In this document: in pieces, positions 42,797 through 45,180 of the stretch
How positions within the stretch are numbered: position 1 is the first letter of the stretch
Layout of the letters: every line of letters starts with the position of its first letter
NCBI GenBank assembly: GCA_035308865.1
Contig: DATGFU010000038.1
Location: forward strand, 1-45,180
Length of the DNA: 45,180 nucleotides
Source of the DNA: Stellaceae bacterium
GTDB taxonomy: Bacteria > Pseudomonadota > Alphaproteobacteria > ATCC43930 > CGMCC-115725
Reading direction: 5' to 3'
Notes under the pieces: model-generated
Told to the model about the DNA's origin: nothing
The model's database searches: none
The model's input: the letters and a program-made list of their open reading frames with translations, nothing else
Translations under genes and position numbers: made by a program

Positions 42797-44191
42797 ATGA
42801 GCGTGACCAGCCTGGAAGACCGTCTGCGCGGCCATAAGAACCCGGTCGAGATGCTGCGCAACTCGCAGGCCGGGCCGAACGCCTATCCCGGCGTGCCGGC
42901 CGAGTACACCAACTGGCGCGATGAGGTGATGGCCTGGCAGAAGACCTGCGTGCTCTTCAACCAGACCTACCACATGGCCGATCTGGCCGTGGAGGGGCCG
43001 GATGCGCTGAAGCTCCTCTCGCATCTCGGCGTCAACAGCTTCACGGGCTTCCAGGTGGATCGGGCGAAGCAGTTCGTGCCGTGCAGTCCCGACGGCTATG
43101 TGATCGGCGACGTCATCCTGTTCCATCTCGCCGAGAACAGCTTCAACCTCGTCGGCCGGGCGCCGGTGCTGAACTGGGTCCAGTATCACGCGGCGACGGG
43201 CGGCTACGACGTGAAGGTCGAGCTCGACCAGCGCACGGCGCTGCGCACCGACGGCAAGCGCAAGTCCTATCGCTTCCAGGTCCAGGGCCCGAACGCGATG
43301 AAGGTGATCGGGAAGGCCCTGGGCGCGGCGCCGCCGGACCTCAAGTTCTTCAACATGACGCATGTGACGCTCGGCGGCCGGACCGTGCGGGCGCTGCGCC
43401 ATGGCATGGCGGGGCAGCCGGGCTTCGAGTTCTTCGGGCCGTGGGAGGATCGCGACGCGGTCCACGAAGCGCTCGTCCGGGCCGGCGAGGAGTTCGGCAT
43501 GCGGCTCGTCGGCGGCCGGGCCTATTCCTGCAACACGCTCGAATCCGGCTGGATTCCGTCGCCGCTCCCCGCGGTCTATTCGGGCGAGGCGATGAAGCCC
43601 TACCGGGAATGGCTGCCGGCGACGGGGTACGAGGGCTCGGCATCGCTCGGCGGCAGCTTCGAATCGGCAACGATCGAGGACTACTACTTCACGCCGTGGG
43701 ACCTGGGGTACGGGCTCTTCGTCAAATTCGACCACGATTTCGTCGGCCGGGAGGCGCTGGAGCGCATGGCCGCGACGCCGCCCCGGCGCAAGAAGGTCAC
43801 GCTGGCGCTCGAGAACGAAGACGTGATGCGGGTGATCGCCAGCCAGTTCGGCAAGACGAACCGCGCGAAATTCATCGAGTTCCCGTCGGCGGTCTATTCG
43901 ATGCATCCGTTCGACAGCGTGCTGGTCCACGGCAAGATCGTCGGCGTGTCGACCTGGGTCGGGTACAGCGCCAACGAGGGACGGATGCTGACGCTGGCCG
44001 TCATCGATTCGGAGCACGCGGAGCCGGGGACCGAGGTGACCTTCCTGTGGGGCGAATCGGGCGGCGGCTCGTCGAAGCCGACGGTCGAGCGCCATGTCCA
44101 GGCCGAGATTCGCGCGATCGTGAGCGCGGTTCCCTATGCGGAGGCAGCGCGCAAGACCTATGCGGAAGGCTGGCGCACCCGGCAGACGTGA
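42797..44191 (+). CDS. ligM: Tetrahydrofolate-dependent aryl O-demethylase of the aminomethyltransferase (GcvT-like) family, LigM/DesA-like
   Basis: The ATG at 42797 follows gaggaaacgg. Blocks VEMLRNSQ, NWRDEVMAWQKTCVLFNQTYHM, KFFNMTHVTLGGRTVRALRHGMAGQPGFEFFGPWE, SCNTLESGWIPSPLPAVYSGE, YREWLPA, IEDYYFTPWDLGYG.FVKFDHDFVGREALE and a length of about 465 aa match my recollection of Sphingobium LigM closely. Substrate specificity is not determinable from the sequence. Confidence 0.75.
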   Translation: MSVTSLEDRLRGHKNPVEMLRNSQAGPNAYPGVPAEYTNWRDEVMAWQKTCVLFNQTYHMADLAVEGPDALKLLSHLGVNSFTGFQVDRAKQFVPCSPDGYVIGDVILFHLAENSFNLVGRAPVLNWVQYHAATGGYDVKVELDQRTALRTDGKRKSYRFQVQGPNAMKVIGKALGAAPPDLKFFNMTHVTLGGRTVRALRHGMAGQPGFEFFGPWEDRDAVHEALVRAGEEFGMRLVGGRAYSCNTLESGWIPSPLPAVYSGEAMKPYREWLPATGYEGSASLGGSFESATIEDYYFTPWDLGYGLFVKFDHDFVGREALERMAATPPRRKKVTLALENEDVMRVIASQFGKTNRAKFIEFPSAVYSMHPFDSVLVHGKIVGVSTWVGYSANEGRMLTLAVIDSEHAEPGTEVTFLWGESGGGSSKPTVERHVQAEIRAIVSAVPYAEAARKTYAEGWRTRQT

Positions 44192-44204
44192 TTTTCCCGC
44201 TTTG

Positions 44205-44226
44205 CCGCGCGGCTCGACTCGCGCGG
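44205..44226 (+). terminator. Weak hairpin downstream of the LigM-like gene (possible terminator, no U-tract)
   Basis: The stem ccgcgcg (44205-44211) pairs with cgcgcgg (44220-44226) around an 8-nt loop, 14 nt after the stop codon. Confidence 0.3.
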
Positions 44227-44330
44227 TAGACAGGTATAAAATGTAATATCAGTTCTAACTGCCTAGCGGGGTTGGCGAAGATCTCACAGAATATTGTCTA
44301 ATCAACGAAGCTCTAAATGGGGGAATCTCC

Positions 44331-45180
44331 GTGACGACGGCACTCTTGAAACATCGCTCGTTCGCCCTGGCCTCGAGCGTTTCCGCCCTGGCGCTGCTGA
44401 CCATGGCCGGTCCGGCCGTCGCCCAGCAGAGCCAGACCCCGGCGCCGGTACAAACCGCGCAACGCTCCGGCACCCTCGAAGAAATCGTGGTCACCGCCGA
44501 GAAGCGCGCCGAGAACGTCCAGCAGGTGCCGATCGCGGTTTCGGCCTTCACGTCCCAGACGCTGCAGGACAAAGGCGTCACCGACATTCACGCGCTGACC
44601 AACCTGACGGCCGGCGTCAATCTCGATTCCAGCTCGCCGTTCTCGGGCGATACCTCGGTGCTTTCGGCCTCGATTCGCGGCATCGGCCAGGACGATTTCG
44701 CCTTCAACCTCGATCCCGGCGTTGGCGTCTATGTCGACGGCGTCTACCTCGCCCGCACCTTCGGCGCGAACCAGAACCTGCTCGACGTCGACCGGGTCGA
44801 GATCCTGAAAGGCCCGCAGGGCACGCTGTTCGGGCGGAACACGATCGGCGGCGCCATCAACATCATCACGCGCACGCCCGGCGACCAGTTCTGGTTCGAG
44901 GGCGAGGTCACCGGCGGCAGCCTCAATCGCCGCGACATCGCGGTCACGGCAGACGTGCCGATCACCGACAACCTGCTCTCGTCGTGGACGGTCAGCTCGC
45001 AGGAGCGCGACGGCTATCAGCGGCGCGTCCCGTACACCCAGGCGACGCCCTTCGTGGCGGATAACCCCAGCCCGTTCAATGGCGGCACTGCGACCTCGGA
45101 CACCGATGGCGGGCTCAACTCGCAGACGATCCGCGCCAAGTTCCTCTACAAGGCCGCGGACAATCTGAACTTCACCCTCA
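44331..45180 (+). CDS. TonB-dependent receptor, N-terminal ~283 codons (continues beyond the window)
   Basis: My translation from the GTG at 44331 reads VTTALLKHRSFALASSVSALALLTMAGPAVAQQ (signal peptide), then LEEIVVTAEKRAENVQQVPIAVSAF (TonB box/plug start), then VDRVEILKGPQGTLFGRNTIGGAINIITRTP (plug signature). It is open-ended, so it is absent from the ORF track. Confidence 0.9.
   Translation, partial: MTTALLKHRSFALASSVSALALLTMAGPAVAQQSQTPAPVQTAQRSGTLEEIVVTAEKRAENVQQVPIAVSAFTSQTLQDKGVTDIHALTNLTAGVNLDSSSPFSGDTSVLSASIRGIGQDDFAFNLDPGVGVYVDGVYLARTFGANQNLLDVDRVEILKGPQGTLFGRNTIGGAINIITRTPGDQFWFEGEVTGGSLNRRDIAVTADVPITDNLLSSWTVSSQERDGYQRRVPYTQATPFVADNPSPFNGGTATSDTDGGLNSQTIRAKFLYKAADNLNFTL

Overview
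This is a high-GC alphaproteobacterial chromosomal segment, judged from gene order and from REP-type palindromes of the CGTCAT...TCCAG kind. The species cannot be named from the sequence alone. Reading left to right:

- **Housekeeping genes:** atpA (partial), atpH, trmL and hemF.
- **Envelope cluster:** a DUF1302-like barrel, a TIGR03118-like beta-propeller with a 26-proline tail, and a DUF1329 lipoprotein-like protein.
- **Orphan cassette:** a two-gene unit encoding a small soluble protein and a multi-TM protein with HEAT-like repeats. I cannot assign either to a family.
- **Regulators and conserved genes:** an ECF sigma/anti-sigma pair, cca, a NUDIX CoA pyrophosphatase and DUF1285.
- **MoxR block:** the conserved MoxR-DUF58-DUF4159-membrane protein operon, with a REP palindrome in one intergenic gap.
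- **Sulfonate locus:** ssuA-ssuD-ssuC-ssuB plus a second ssuA paralog.
- **Pilus locus:** a GT87/DUF2029-type membrane glycosyltransferase followed by a co-linear 12-gene Tad/Cpa locus (cpaABCDEF-tadBC-tadD-like-tadE/F/G-like, about 13.6 kb).
- **Right end:** a secreted Pro-rich coiled-coil protein, tRNA-Cys, a REP-bracketed higBA toxin-antitoxin pair, an IclR regulator, a LigM-like tetrahydrofolate-dependent aryl O-demethylase and a partial TonB-dependent receptor.

I recognised no rRNA, CRISPR array, IS element or integrase.

The most unusual points:
- The Tad locus has no Flp pilin gene in the canonical slot. It carries three oversized pseudopilin-like proteins rich in Cys, Thr and Asn, and a GT-C-type glycosyltransferase sits next to it.
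- The orphan cassette at 7560-9056 has no family assignment.
- The propeller protein ends in a polyproline tail.

Many long ORFs in the track are antisense shadow ORFs, as expected at this GC content, and are not reported as genes.
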